Assembly: GCA_964658305.1 (NCBI GenBank)
Contig: OZ210885.1
Coordinates: forward strand, 19,964,001 to 20,028,000
Source: Leptogorgia sarmentosa
Taxonomy: Eukaryota
Direction of reading: 5' to 3'
DNA: 64,000 bases
Positions 37,440 through 50,480 of the stretch are shown here, piece by piece. A model generated the notes under the pieces. The model ran no database searches. It had not been told where the DNA came from and saw only the letters and a list, made by a program, of their open reading frames with translations. The position numbers were made by a program, and so were the translations under genes. Within the stretch, counting starts at the first letter, position 1; each line of letters opens with the position of its first letter.

Positions 37440-37914
37440 CTGCCATTTGCAAGCAGCCGTGTACTGCGAACATTTTATCATTGGTTACGTTTCAAACATG
37501 GACGTACGTTTGCCGTTACAAACGTGCTAATTTTAGACGTCAATCAAACAGTTTTTAACTGCGAAACAAACATATTTGCAAGTCCCGCCTTTATAATATT
37601 TTGAAAACGTAACACGATGTTTTGTGCGTATTTTCGCATGTTTCGTATCCTTAATTGTAATGTATGTAAAATCTTTAATTTGCACCGACATTTTACTATC
37701 AAAGTACTTGTTTACCAATACGAAAATACACACAAAACATCATGTTACGTTTATACGTTTTCAAAATATTATAAAGGTGGGGCTTGCAAATATGTTTGTT
37801 TCGCCGTTAAAACTGTTGATGGCTAAAATTAGCACGTTTTAACGGCAAACGTCCATGTTTGAAACGTAACAAATGATAAAATGTTCGCAGTACACGGCTG
37901 CTTGCAAATGGTAG
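37440..37914. mobile_element. Palindromic MITE flanked by TA
   Basis: ~200-bp imperfect inverted arms CTGCCATTTGCAAGCAGCCG/CGGCTGCTTGCAAATGGTAG. TA on both sides. Confidence 0.85.
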
Positions 37915-38685
37915 TAAAGTAAACTATAATTAGCATGCAGGTGCCGAAGTTGTTTCAAGCACCTTATATGTGAAACATGTGAATAAAATGTGATTTGCAA
38001 TTGATTAAGCGTCATCACTTATGTTTATTTTTACTACGAACTTTATGATATAAGCTATACAATCTAATCACGCATGTACAAGCGCCAGGAGCGCCAGCTT
38101 GCATGCATGGTGTACGTAGTTTCATTCAGGAGCATGTTCAGGTTGATTCTGCACGCTTCGTCACAATCATGGGGCGAATACGTACACTTTCAAAACAGTT
38201 ATCATATACATTTGCAATGGCTATAGCCTGTTTTATAGGGAACGATTTTAGCGGCAATTAATTTAGCCGACCCTGGAGCTAGTTCCTATTTTTTAGGACA
38301 TATTCATCGATATATCAGCGTTATGCTGCATTTTACAAAATCACACTTCATTTGCACTATTGTAAAGGTCGGGGCAAATATGTTTCCGTTTACATAGAAT
38401 TTGCACTACATGCAAAGGCATGTGTAAATTTCTGAATTTGCACTAAATTCACACACCCTCCAAAGCTATATGCAAATATATAAATTCGCACTAAATTGGC
38501 AACCGTGCGAATTCGAGCATTCGCGGTATTGGCATCTTGGCACCCCGTGCGAATTTAGTGCAAACACGATGTTGGCATCGGTGCAAACCTGAACAAAGAT
38601 GGTCGAATATTACATTCGCATCACATTTGCACACACATTTGCACACACATTTGCACTATGTGAAAATCTGATTTTTCGTCCCGTG

Positions 38686-41446
38686 TTCACTCGTTATTTT
38701 CCTTTCCATGAATAAATGAGTCATTGGTGTCACTGCGTTGTTTCTGCTTTGGTCCCAATCGTGATCAGGTAAATTTATCGTTTTCCCAGGTTTTTGTACA
38801 GGGCAAGTGTCAGCCAAGACAATCCTTTTAGCATCTTTCGAATCAACCATGAAAGAATTTGGTTGAGCTGCCACCGTATCCACTAAATAGTTTACACTGC
38901 ATGTTGACCAGTGAAGGTTAACAACTTGTTTGTTGTCAACAACTGAATCTCGCGGGGGATGACGAAGAGAGATATTGGCATTAATGTCCCGTCCTGCATG
39001 GTGTCTTTTTGCCTCTAACGAATTTTCTCTGTAATTCTCCGTGTAGTTATAACATGATGAAAGCGAAATGTTAAAATTAGGTGGTGCGCAGGAAAGGAGA
39101 ATTTTTCTTGCTTGGTGCATGAATGTAACATTATCCACAGATCTGTACCGGGTGGAGGTGGTCAAACGAGGATGGCTTTCTAAACCACCAGCAGTGTATT
39201 CATCCATACTGCCTCCTTCAAAGATACTTTCGATTATCCTAGACATTTCTGGAAATTGTTCATACTTCAGCTCCCTGCCTCTGTTATTGTACTGATCAGG
39301 AAGTTTAAGTTCATTTTGTTTTCCCTTTGCTATTATTCTTTTTCTTAAGCGTGATTGCTGTTCATTTGTCATGTCATTTCTAACGACGCTGGAAGTTCTA
39401 GCAATGTCTGTGTAGTGACGAACATTCTCTTTTATATCATCTCTTGCGTTCATTATCACGGTTTTGTTTGTAACGCCTTGTAGTTTCGACACAAATGACA
39501 CACTCGTTGCCTGTGCAAATAAGCCTTTCAAAAGGTCTCTGTCTCTCTTTGTGTCAACGTATTTTATAGAGTCTTTAAAAAGGTATCCAATTTTCTTGGA
39601 AATTTTATCATTGACAACTTTTTCTGTCTTGACGATATTAGATAATCTCTCCACGATTCTGTTTACCTGCTGATTTCGACTCTCCATCACAAACGCTTTA
39701 CCAAAAATGTAAATTTGTTTGATGTTTAAATATCGAGATAGTTTTTGAAAAATACTTGCTGAAGTGGCTCTGCATTGCTGGCGTGAAGTTCCCAAGTAGC
39801 ATTGTTTCTCACTCTGAAATATTTTACCAGCTTCTTGTGTGGAGACGATGGGACCATTGGACTCAATATACTCAGAGACTTTCATTACCCCTCAGCTCTT
39901 TTTGTTAGGTCTGTTGTTAATGCTATTTTAGCTGAAAGAGTAGATCTATTGTCACTCAATGATCCAGAACACAGATCAAAATCCACACCGTCTCTTGTGT
40001 CATCGAGAAAGAATTCTTTTTTACGCAAGTTTTGTTTTTCTCTTGCAATATTATTTTTATGCAAGCTTTCCTCGTCACTTATACCATGCTTTGTTCATCA
40101 AGGGCAATGGTCGTTGCAAAGAATATGTAGAAGAAGTTTCTAGCCTTTGTACATTTCCAGGGACTTTTTTCTTCAGAAGTACAGGGGGTTGCCAAAAAAA
40201 AGAGCCCCCCTATTTAAAAAGGGCTTTTTGTGTAAATGTCGATGCACATGCGGTATGGATAAAATATATTGCCTCACAAGCATTCAACAAATAGTTTGTG
40301 GTAAAAGTGATGGGTTTTAGCCAATCTCACTGTAATCAGTGTGAAACTGTTGCCATCGAGGAAGCAAATGAGAAGAAAGGGCTAAGAAGAAGATAGCTAG
40401 AAACCTTCAATATTGGACTCACCCCGTGCTAGACGCGAGTGCTTGGAAAGTAGCAACGAATATAGACTCAGCTATTCTTGGGCAAAAAAAGTCGTATGAA
40501 GGAAAGTGAGAATGCTGGATGAATGCCAGGTTCTGGAACACCGCACAAGACAAGGATTCACGAAGACAGGCTTTTGATGAGAGAGGCTGTTAAGAGATTC
40601 TCAACTCTCGAATGTTTGCCCAAATATCGCTGACCTCGCACAGCCACTAATAAAGCGCACACATATGTAACCAAATATCACCATGGACTAAAACGCCGCC
40701 TCTGCCAAAAATAAACCGAAAAATTTAATTCAAACAATCTTCAGTCCGATTACACCATGGAGATAACTTAATATGGCAGCATGACAAGGACTCCCAGGAA
40801 CGATTCGTATTGTGGAATATTATCTGAAAATTGAAGTGTTCTTTTGCTAACACAAAGCCCGGATCCCAATCCCATTGAGAATTTGTTGCGGAGCCAGAAG
40901 AGAAGACTAGATATGAAATGTTCATCTCGAATTGAGGAGTAGTTATTTGAGGAGTCAGGGTTGGAAGAATAACAACCATGAATACGTTCATAAACTTGTC
41001 TAGAACATCCTTGGGTGCATTCTACTGATCATCAAAGGTTGCGGATATCATATTGCTTACCAAATGTTGTGTTCTTAGAGTGAAATAGGACTATTTCTCT
41101 ACATCTCATTTGTCGTGCAATCCTTTTTTTACAACATAAGGAATATGACTTATATAAACCTTGTTTATTTCTGTGTGAGACAAGGGGGCTCTTTTTTTTT
41201 GGCAACCCTCTGTACTTATATTCAGCTTGCCGTTTCTTGAAGTACTAGGCACAGGACAAGTAGTATCATTGTCTTGTTTGAAAGCTACTTTATCATCAGT
41301 GGTTCTGCTAATGTGGTTTTCTGCTGTCTTCCCTATTTTTTCATACCACCGTCTAGGTAAAAGCGGGTGTCTCCTCATGTAAACAAGGGCGGTTGTATTG
41401 AGCAAATATGTTAGCTGACGATTTAGGGGCGATGGACTGTGCTGCT
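38686..41446 (-). pseudogene. Zator-like transposase, 5' part, interrupted by a Tc1 relic
   Basis: ORF 38656-39885: GLESHPRL, EAKRHH, VDSKDAK, LPDHDW. Continuous with 25838 after removal of the CACTA element. Confidence 0.65.
40182..41212 (+). mobile_element. Degenerate Tc1/mariner element (1031 bp)
   Basis: TIR CAGGGGGTTGCCAAAAAAAAGAGCCCCC. TA TSD. Remnants GTPHKTRIHEDRLL, WQHD, SPDPNPIENL. Confidence 0.85.
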
Positions 41447-41935
41447 ACTCCACATCTATGAGGACAATTTGGCAAGCAATTCGTGCACATTATGGTTTCC
41501 AGTCCACCGGGGCACATTTTCTCGATTTTAATAGTGTTGCATGCTATTAAGAGTAATTATGTATGTATATATTGTATTATTATTGTAATTATGGTGTGAA
41601 ATTTTGGTGTGTAACTTGTATATAAGGAAGCAAAATAAAAAGTTTTGGTAGTGTGTCTCTGAAAGTTTTGTTGAAACAGGAGGGCTAAGCGAGATATAAC
41701 AATAGCATTCATTTCGAGCCTGACGAGCACCCCGAGAACTTATATCAGCGACTTCTGAGTTTCATCGACGACAATCTACTCACAGCTAATAGTAATCTCT
41801 GACACCACGGCGAAGTCGTTTCCACGGATGAAGAATTAACACCCTCGCTTGAAAACGTAATTGTACTGACATAGTTGCGTTTAATCCATGCAGATTTGCC
41901 CACCTTAGTTAAGCAACGTTATGGGACAGAACTCC
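41447..41935 (+). repeat. 489-bp copy of 44160-44648 (Troyka gag piece including the solo LTR)
   Basis: No differences seen by eye. Bounded by ACTCC at both ends. Confidence 0.92.
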
Positions 41936-43187
41936 GACAGCTTAGTTTCATCTTTGACTCAGCTTCGTCAAGCCTATTATAATCATAATAATATTAATAT
42001 AATAATAATATTTAATATTGGGTTCACTACTATTCATTACACGAACTTAGTCGATTTTTCCGAACTTAGTCCGAAAGCTTAACATGGGGTCATCTATTCA
42101 GTACGTACGCATTGTGAGGGGGGGGGGGTGTTATAGTTGGAGCGTATGTTTTCGTACAATGGGGGATGGGGAAAACCAGTCCTAAGTACGCACGCAAAAT
42201 GACGAATTTAAGATAAAAAAATAAGTTGGAAATAGAAAACTTTTTTTCCATGTTCCTATACCGTTATAGAAGCACATATACAGAAGCTGATATACAGTGT
42301 TAGTTTATACTGGTATTTTGCTGCGCCTGTGGCAATTCTTTGCAAATTAATACTATACGTGTAAAAAGTAAAAATATAGTTAGCAGGCTAAAACATAGTG
42401 AAATATTAGTACAGTTGATTTCAAATGTTTGGAATTTTGCAAGTTTGTTGCGTCGCCAAGTTCAAAAGTTTAAACTAAAATTTTAAACTAAACACAAAGC
42501 CTGTGATTGGCTCTATAAATTTATGGGTTTGTGAATTTTGTTATGAACTTAATTGAACACAGAAAAAACTTCCCAGATACAGATTCGAATCCGAACGTCA
42601 ACCTCCACGGACTAGGGATTCGAACGTTTGTGTAAAAAGTGATCAGAAATCGACAGTAAATGTCATCCAACTGAGCGATGTAATTTACCTAGCACAAAGT
42701 TTAACAAAGTTTTTAAGAACGTTATACCTGTCAATCCAAACAAATATTTTAAAATTAAGATGAATTTTAATCCGTCACACGAAGGGGGGAGGGTATTCAA
42801 ATATCGGTGTTCCGCGCGACAAGTTTCTTGTAAACTTGTGGTTGAAATTGTTAATAGCTTACACCCGTCTTCAGAATTACAGTACGCACTGGGTCAAAAA
42901 TATCCTGAGTGAAATGTCAGTTGCTTCTGCGAAATTGAAATCGCTTACCCAGTAATACTTTCAGTTTATTGCATAATACTTTAAGTTTGCTATCGATTTA
43001 TATAATATTATGCTTTGTGTATTTTACATATAGGACTGTTCAGATTATCTCAGTATTATATCAAAATTTAAATCAGCAATAGCGCTATATATAGTCTAAC
43101 ACAAGTAAGTTTTATATGCGGCAGTTTATAAATTTGATGATGAATGAAATAGATTGCTATTTTTCAAGCTAGACCCTCGACCTGTCT

Positions 43188-43219
43188 CACAGATTAAATA
43201 TTATAATATATAATCTGTG
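43188..43219. mobile_element. 32-bp micro-element (P-like footprint or MITE)
   Basis: CACAGATTA...TAATCTGTG flanked by CCTGTCT/CCTGTGT. Confidence 0.55.
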
Positions 43220-43254
43220 CCTGTGTCCTCGATTGTCCTTGAAACGCGACGCAC

Positions 43255-43411
43255 CATAGGCAGCCCAGAAATGAGCTGTTTTCTTTAGATAACCTAAAAT
43301 CAATCGATTTTATGCCATGCGATGCAGCCATTCAATAGAAGGGATATCATGCATAAAATCGATTGATTTTAGGTTATCTAAAGAAAACAGCTTATTTCTG
43401 GGCTGCCTATG
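43255..43411. mobile_element. P-element-type MITE (157 bp)
   Basis: ~60-bp TIR starting CATAGGCAGCCCAG. 7-bp TSD GACGCAC. Confidence 0.88.
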
Positions 43412-44247
43412 GACGCACATGCGACCCTCGACCATCTGTGCCTTGACATTGGAAGCCATTCAACTGCATGCCGCTCTGTACTGTAGTCTGTAGACGAAGG
43501 CCTGTGTTTGTTATATTCGCTGCTATTGCCTGTGCTTGTAAAAGTGAGGATCATTTGTATCTGTCAAACTGATAAATATGTTAGCGCCACAATTGACATT
43601 GTTATTGTTTGTGATATGTTAAGGTTACAGGAAGTACGTCACGTCAGACGGTGACGTATTTTGATTGACATTCGAACAGTGTTGACATTGTAGATATATT
43701 GTAGCCGCTCGACGCTTTTGGAATCATCTGTGATTTGGTGTTATATAATATATTGTGTTATTCGTCTTGAGTTTTATCTTATTTACTGGCGTGGTGGCAG
43801 CGGTCCAGTACTGAGAATTTAAATATAGTTCTCCACGAGCTCCGATACAATGGAATAGCTCAACCAATCAATCAAAGTCGATAAGGAATTACTCTCCGAC
43901 AACAAGTCGAAGACGAAGCAGCTTGCATCTGTAGCTGCTCATACAACACGTATTTACGATCAAGATATGGCTACAAGTCGACACACAACATGGCTGCGAA
44001 AGACTTCTGCGGCCCCCCTACGTGGTCTCGAAAATGACGGCGAAGACGTTCCAGTAGCCAGCTGCCATACAGCCGCCCAAAAACTAACTCACTTGGAGTT
44101 ACTGCTCGGCCAAGTCGCCAATTATTGTCCCGTCATTGCACGAAACACAATTGTTAAGAACTCCACATCTATGAGGACAATTTGGCAAGCAATTCGTGCA
44201 CATTATGGTTTCCAGTCCACCGGGGCACATTTTCTCGATTTTAATAG

Positions 44248-44414
44248 TGTTGCATGCTATTAAGAGTAATTATGTATGTATATATTGTATTATTATTGTA
44301 ATTATGGTGTGAAATTTTGGTGTGTAACTTGTATATAAGGAAGCAAAATAAAAAGTTTTGGTAGTGTGTCTCTGAAAGTTTTGTTGAAACAGGAGGGCTA
44401 AGCGAGATATAACA
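44248..44414. mobile_element. Solo LTR (167 bp) inserted in Troyka gag; second copy at 41535-41701
   Basis: TGTT...AACA termini, 4-bp TSD ATAG, internal AATAAA. The gag frame resumes afterwards. Confidence 0.88.
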
Positions 44415-47400
44415 ATAGCATTCATTTCGAGCCTGACGAGCACCCCGAGAACTTATATCAGCGACTTCTGAGTTTCATCGACGACAATCTACTCACAGCT
44501 AATAGTAATCTCTGACACCACGGCGAAGTCGTTTCCACGGATGAAGAATTAACACCCTCGCTTGAAAACGTAATTGTACTGACATAGTTGCGTTTAATCC
44601 ATGCAGATTTGCCCACCTTAGTTAAGCAACGTTATGGGACAGAACTCCAATCAGAGACACTAGCCAGCCTCAAACCCGAAATTTCTCAAGCTTTAGACGC
44701 CCTCCTCAACGAAATTCAGTCGTCCAATGAGGCCAAAGTTCTACGCACAGCCTTTCGCAGATCATCACAACAGCGTGACAATCGTAGTGCGTCTTCCCAG
44801 CCCAGTAACAACAAGGGAGGGGCAACCAAGTGCTGTCCTATATGTAAACAAGCTAAAAGATCGCAGTTCCAACACTACTTAAGTAAGTGCCCATTTCTTC
44901 CCAAGGAGAACACCCCTCCCTTTCCTCAGCATTCTACACCACATGTCACCACTAAACCTTGTGCGTCCTCACATTCATCTTGTGTCACCGTGGATCCAGA
45001 CAACATTCTTCCACTCACCACCCGCCAAAGCTTCCGCAGCCTGTTAGAAGCCCATGATGACGTATTTGATCGCACCATCACCGGGTACAAGGGCGCAGTT
45101 GGTCCATTCGAAGCTGTGGTTAACATGGGTCCGGTCCAACCCCCTCAACGAAAGGGTCGGTTCAGAAACCGCACTAGAGGAGCTAATGTGTCGTGTACTG
45201 GGAGATTGTCTGCAGGACGGTATCGCAGCCAAGCTTGCCCACGACCTCTACTTTACGTTCCTTTATTGGCGTGTATAAAGTCCTGGGCAGAGTGTTACCC
45301 AAGTGTTCACACATCATCGCCCCACTGGAGAGCGCCATCGCCGGTCAACAGTCAGGCGAGCGCATACTGTGGACAGATATGTTACGAGAACAGTTCCGCT
45401 CGGCACAAACTCACCTCACTACACGGAAATCCATCACTCTACCACGACCATCTGATCAACTTTGGATCGTTACAGACGGATCCGTTACCAAACACGGCAT
45501 CGGGGCCACCCTATACATCACCCGCAACGAGAACCTTCATCTCGCCGGCTTCTTTAGTGCCAAACTACGGAAACATCAAGTCTCCTGGTTACCCTATGAA
45601 ATTGAAGCTCTTAGTATCACTGCTGCAATTAAACACTTCAGCCCGTTCATTATCCAATCCACCCACCAAGCATGTCTATTAAAGGACAGTAAACCGTGTG
45701 TTCAGGGTTTCGAAAAATTATGTCACGGCGAGTTTTCGGCGAGCCCCCACGTTACTTCCTTCTTATCAATCGTCAGTAGGTACCAGGTCAACGTTCGTCA
45801 CCTAGCGGGCACTGCCAATGTTCCATCAGACTTTGCCAGCCGCAATGCCCCAGATTCCAAGGAGCCAAAATGCCAGATTTGCAACTTCGTCGCCCTCACG
45901 GAAGATTCCGTGGTCCGTTCCACATCTGTTCAAGATACCCGCGGGTTATCTGGGCTCCCATTCACTACTCGCTCCGCCTGGATCCAAATCCAGTCAGAAT
46001 GCCCGGACCTCCGACATACTCATGCCCATCTTAAGCAAGGTACCCGTCCGTCTAAAAAGATTACCAATATCAAAGACGTAAAACGATACCTCAACGTCGC
46101 TTCCACCGCGAAAGACAGTCTATTAGTTGTACATCGTCAAACTCCTCTCTCCTCGTCCAACGACCTGATTATAGTTCCTCGCACTGTTCTGGACGGACTT
46201 GTGACCGCTTTGCACATAAAACTAGACCACCCTTCGAAGCATCAACTACAACTAGTCATGAAACGCCAGTTCTATGCCCTCAACGTGCCTCAAGTAATCG
46301 ACCACGTCTGTGAAACATGTCATACATGTGCATCACTACGCAAGCTTCCCGAGACGTTGATGAAACACACTTCGGACAACCCACCAGACGTAGTTTGCGT
46401 ATCATTTGCAGCTGACGTTCTCAGGCGGTGGAAGCAAGTCATCCTGCTATTGCGTGAGACTACAACATCATACACATCAGCAAGCATTATACCTGATGAA
46501 AAGAGCACGACACTCCGTGACAATTTAGCACGCTTATGCGTTGGATTACGACCACTCAGTGGACCACCCGTTACGATCAGAGTTGACCCCGCCCCAGGCT
46601 TTGTCTCTTTGAAAGACGACAGTAAACTCCAACAGCTTGGCATTTCCGTAGAGATCGGAAAAATCGCATCAAAAACAGCAACAAAAACCCTGTAGCTGAA
46701 AAGGCCATTGCGGAATTAGAAGGTGAACTTATTCGGAAAGTTCCTAACTGCGGACCGGTTACAGAACTCGGCCTGGCCATTACTCTCGACGCACGCCTGC
46801 GCATAGAAGGTCTATCTGCCCACGAACTATGGACACAAAGAAACCAATTTACTCATGAGCAACTTCCTTTGGAAGACAGGGACATTATCATCAACCAACA
46901 CAACACCCGTCAAAGGAACCATCCACACAGCGAAAAGTCGAAGAACACTAAAACGGTTAGCAAAAGCCCTTCGCAAACACACGTCGGAGATCTCATATAT
47001 TTACCCGCTGAACACGACAAGAGTCCGCTACTTGGTTGTGTCTGTTGATAAGCCATGGTGTTGTGTCAGAAAGTTTTCTGGTAGCCAACTACGAGCTTTG
47101 GCTTACAAAGTCAGAATCAGCGAATGTCACCTGATTCCAAGTCAGATACCAAAAGTTCCACCTAGCCATACAACTGACACAGATAGCGAAGACGACTGTT
47201 TTGAAACATGAACCCGTTCGTATATATATATTTTATTCACAAACAAAAACTGACCCTATTCCAAAGTATACAAGCTATTATATACCTGTGGTACGCCCAC
47301 AATCTGCATTGCTAATTACTATTACTGAATTACAATATTCTAATTATAACATCTCCCTCCTTAAAGAACGTAATAATTTTTTTTTCTTTTGTGTTCTTTT

Positions 47401-47544
47401 CACCTTATCCTGTATCTACGATTCTAATAAATAACTACTAAAGTCTCTAACCTAAAGGTTCATAACGCAAATATTTATATATATGTTCCATGTCATTATT
47501 ACCAACTATAGTTAATTAAATGTTTCATTATCTCAAGAAAATTG

Positions 47545-50466
47545 TCAATATTCCTCAATGTACCGTTTTGGTTTCCTTACAACACGTCCTCTTGAGGTAT
47601 GGCTTGGCGTATTCTGTAACGTTCTTTCTGGACTTCTTTTGTCTGCCACTCTTCTTGACAAATCACTTGTTTCTGGATTGATCTCAGGAACAACTTCAGG
47701 AATCGCTTGGGAAATGTCGTCTTCAAGAATGTCGTCAGAAACTGCTTTAGGAACAACTTGAAGATGTCGTCTATTTCTCCTCATCTTTTTCCCCTCTGGA
47801 GTGTCCACAATATATGATCTTGGTGTAGATCCATATCCACTGACAACCCCAACAGAGCTCCATTTCTTCTGATCATCGGTTTTCACCCGAACAGTTTGAC
47901 CTGGTTCCATATCAGATAAGGACTTCACACCATGCCTCTTGTTATAAGCATGACTATATCTTTCCTTCGATTTCTTGTCTGCTTCGCGTACAGTCGGAAG
48001 ATCTGGCCAGCCTGGTAACAGATTACGACTAAGTGTTGGAATGGTTGTGCGAATCGGTCTTCCCATAATCAATTGACTAGGACTCACACCTGTCGCTGGA
48101 ATTGGAGTTGCTCGATATACCATCAACGCGAGGAACGGATCCGTTTGCTTCAAGATTCTCTTGGCCATCTTGACGGCACTTTCCGCTTCTCCGTTTGCCT
48201 GCAGATAATGTGGACTAGACGAAACATGGAGAAACCCATACTGAACGCTAAACGATCTAAAATCCTCTGAGAAAAATGGTGGACCATTATCACTTATTAG
48301 GATTTCAGGAACTCCCCATCTTGCGAAGATGCTCTTCAACTTAGCTATCACCGTCCTGTTTGTTAAATCTGGTACATAAACAAGCTCAAGATACCGCGAG
48401 TAATAATCTACTACGACCAAATACTTCTTTCCGTCTAATTCAAGTGCATCGACTGCTACTTTCTGCCAAGGACGCTCGGGTAACGGTGTTGGTTTCAATG
48501 GTTCTTTTCTTTGTGATGGTTGGTTAATTTGGCAGAACTCACAACGTGAAACCTCCTCTTTAATGTCCTTGGAAATACCAGGCCACCAAACGGAGGAATT
48601 CGCACGTGCCAAGCATTTTGTCACCCCAAGATGACCCTCATGAATCCTCTGAAGCATTTCCATTCTCATTGACGCTGGAATGACTATTCGATCACGATAA
48701 ATTAATTTCCCTTCGATCCACGAAAGTTCACCACGATAAGGAAAGAAACATCGTACTTCTTCAGGAACCTGTGTCCGATACTTTGGCCAGCCACTTAGAA
48801 CTAACTTGGTTACCTTTTGAAGCACTTGATCTTCTTTAGTTGCGTTCTCTATTAGCTGAATCTTCTCTTTCGACGCTGGTCTACTCGACTCAACTACGTT
48901 TAGGAACATTTGAACTTCATCATCAAGGTTGTCGCTGACATTGGTATTGGAGATCAACGGACTTAGAGACAGAGCATCGGCAAGAACAAGATCTTTCCCA
49001 GGAATGTGAACAGAGATGACGTTAAATCTACGCAGACGCATCAATAGGCGTTGACAACGGATCGGAACTTTGTCTAAGGTTTGCTGATTTATCAACGGTA
49101 CGAGAGGCTTATGGTCTGTTCGCAATTCAAATACAGGAAGGCCGGACAGATAACGATAGAACTTCTCACAGGTCCAAACTGCTGCAAGGCATTCCTTCTC
49201 AATTTGCGCGTAATTCTGTTCCGTTTGTGTTAAAGTTCGAGAACAAAATGCAACCGGTCGTAACGATTTATCATCTCCTTCTTGAAGTAACACACCACCG
49301 AGTCCGTAACTACTGGCATCAGAACTGACTACCGTCTTGCGATTCGGGTCGTAAAATGCTAACACAGGAGCAGAAGATATCAGCTGCTTCACCTTCTCGA
49401 AAGCTTCTGCTTGGGACGGGCCCCAAACCCATGTGGAACTTCCTTTTAGAAGATCATTTAAAGGCTGTAATACCGTCGACAGATCTGGCAAAAACTTCCC
49501 CAAGTAGTTGATCATACCCAACAATCTTCGTAATTCAGACACACTGGTTGGAGGTGATAACTCGACAATGGCTCGCACTTTTTCCGGGTCGGGTTTAACG
49601 CCATTTTTACCCACGCGATGACCAAAATACCCCAGCTCTTCCTTGCGGAATTCGCATTTCGATTTGTTCAACTTGAGTCCAGAACTTTGTACGGTATTCA
49701 GGACTTCTTCCAAATTAGAGTCATGTTCCTCAACCGATTTCCCATACACCAAAATGTCATCCATAATCACTTCAACACAAATTCGTACTTGACCATTCTT
49801 CTTTGGGACTGGGACGATAGGAGCACACCACTCAGTTGGCTCTGTCACCTCTTCAATGATCCCTTCGTCTTCCATTCTTTTCAACTCGGCTTCCACCAGT
49901 GGCAGTAGAGGAAAGGGTATACGCCTCGGGGTACTCACACTGTAAGGTTTAGCATTATCGTGTAAATGTATCTTGACGGGTTCACATTTCAAGAGCCCTA
50001 TATCTCCAAATACGCTATGATCGGTAATTTCATGTACCCTTTTAACCAAACCCATTTGAGTGGAAAGTTCTCGACCCAGCAAACAGTTCACATTTTCTCC
50101 CCGAACGACAAAAATACGAACTGAATACTCCACCAATTTACATGATAAAATTGCAGTAATTTCACCAATACATGCAATTCTTCCCCCAGGACCTTGAAGG
50201 ACAGCTGTTGTTGATTGAAGGGGTGGACGTGGTATTAAATTACTGTAAATAACTTCTGGTATGACTGTTATATCGGCTCCGGTATCTATCTTAAATTTGA
50301 TTAGTCGCCCATTCAACTTAAGGTCAACTTCCCAGGGATCTTTGTCCCGGTTACATGACATAACGGAACCCAAAAAGAAAGTTTCGTCCCACTCTTGGAC
50401 CAGTTCGTCCGATTTCTTTGTAATTTCCCCAACAGCTTTCCTTTGTACAGTTTTAGTTCTACACAC
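47545..50466 (-). CDS. Gypsy pol: protease, RT with an internal in-frame deletion, RNase H, integrase
   Basis: IDTGAD; VRICV fused directly to EVIMDDIL; SDASSYG; TDHKPL; HEGHLG..CEFC; SDNGP; NGEAE. Confidence 0.9.
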   Translation of the reverse strand: MCRTKTVQRKAVGEITKKSDELVQEWDETFFLGSVMSCNRDKDPWEVDLKLNGRLIKFKIDTGADITVIPEVIYSNLIPRPPLQSTTAVLQGPGGRIACIGEITAILSCKLVEYSVRIFVVRGENVNCLLGRELSTQMGLVKRVHEITDHSVFGDIGLLKCEPVKIHLHDNAKPYSVSTPRRIPFPLLPLVEAELKRMEDEGIIEEVTEPTEWCAPIVPVPKKNGQVRICVEVIMDDILVYGKSVEEHDSNLEEVLNTVQSSGLKLNKSKCEFRKEELGYFGHRVGKNGVKPDPEKVRAIVELSPPTSVSELRRLLGMINYLGKFLPDLSTVLQPLNDLLKGSSTWVWGPSQAEAFEKVKQLISSAPVLAFYDPNRKTVVSSDASSYGLGGVLLQEGDDKSLRPVAFCSRTLTQTEQNYAQIEKECLAAVWTCEKFYRYLSGLPVFELRTDHKPLVPLINQQTLDKVPIRCQRLLMRLRRFNVISVHIPGKDLVLADALSLSPLISNTNVSDNLDDEVQMFLNVVESSRPASKEKIQLIENATKEDQVLQKVTKLVLSGWPKYRTQVPEEVRCFFPYRGELSWIEGKLIYRDRIVIPASMRMEMLQRIHEGHLGVTKCLARANSSVWWPGISKDIKEEVSRCEFCQINQPSQRKEPLKPTPLPERPWQKVAVDALELDGKKYLVVVDYYSRYLELVYVPDLTNRTVIAKLKSIFARWGVPEILISDNGPPFFSEDFRSFSVQYGFLHVSSSPHYLQANGEAESAVKMAKRILKQTDPFLALMVYRATPIPATGVSPSQLIMGRPIRTTIPTLSRNLLPGWPDLPTVREADKKSKERYSHAYNKRHGVKSLSDMEPGQTVRVKTDDQKKWSSVGVVSGYGSTPRSYIVDTPEGKKMRRNRRHLQVVPKAVSDDILEDDISQAIPEVVPEINPETSDLSRRVADKRSPERTLQNTPSHTSRGRVVRKPKRYIEEY

Positions 50467-50480
50467 AGCGGCAAAATGCC

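Larger units (their letters stand above)
25839..38685. mobile_element. CACTA/EnSpm element (12,847 bp)
   Basis: TIR CACGGGACGAAAAATC/GATTTTTCGTCCCGTG. 3-bp TSD TTC (25836-38, 38686-88). TGCAAATGTG/CACATTTGCA subterminal repeats. Removing it rejoins the Zator-like frame (ERKITSE|ESIPLL). Confidence 0.93.

Noticed and set aside
47201..47434. ORFs starting MKHEPVR (also at 51134)
   Set aside because: They are translations of the two Gypsy LTRs.
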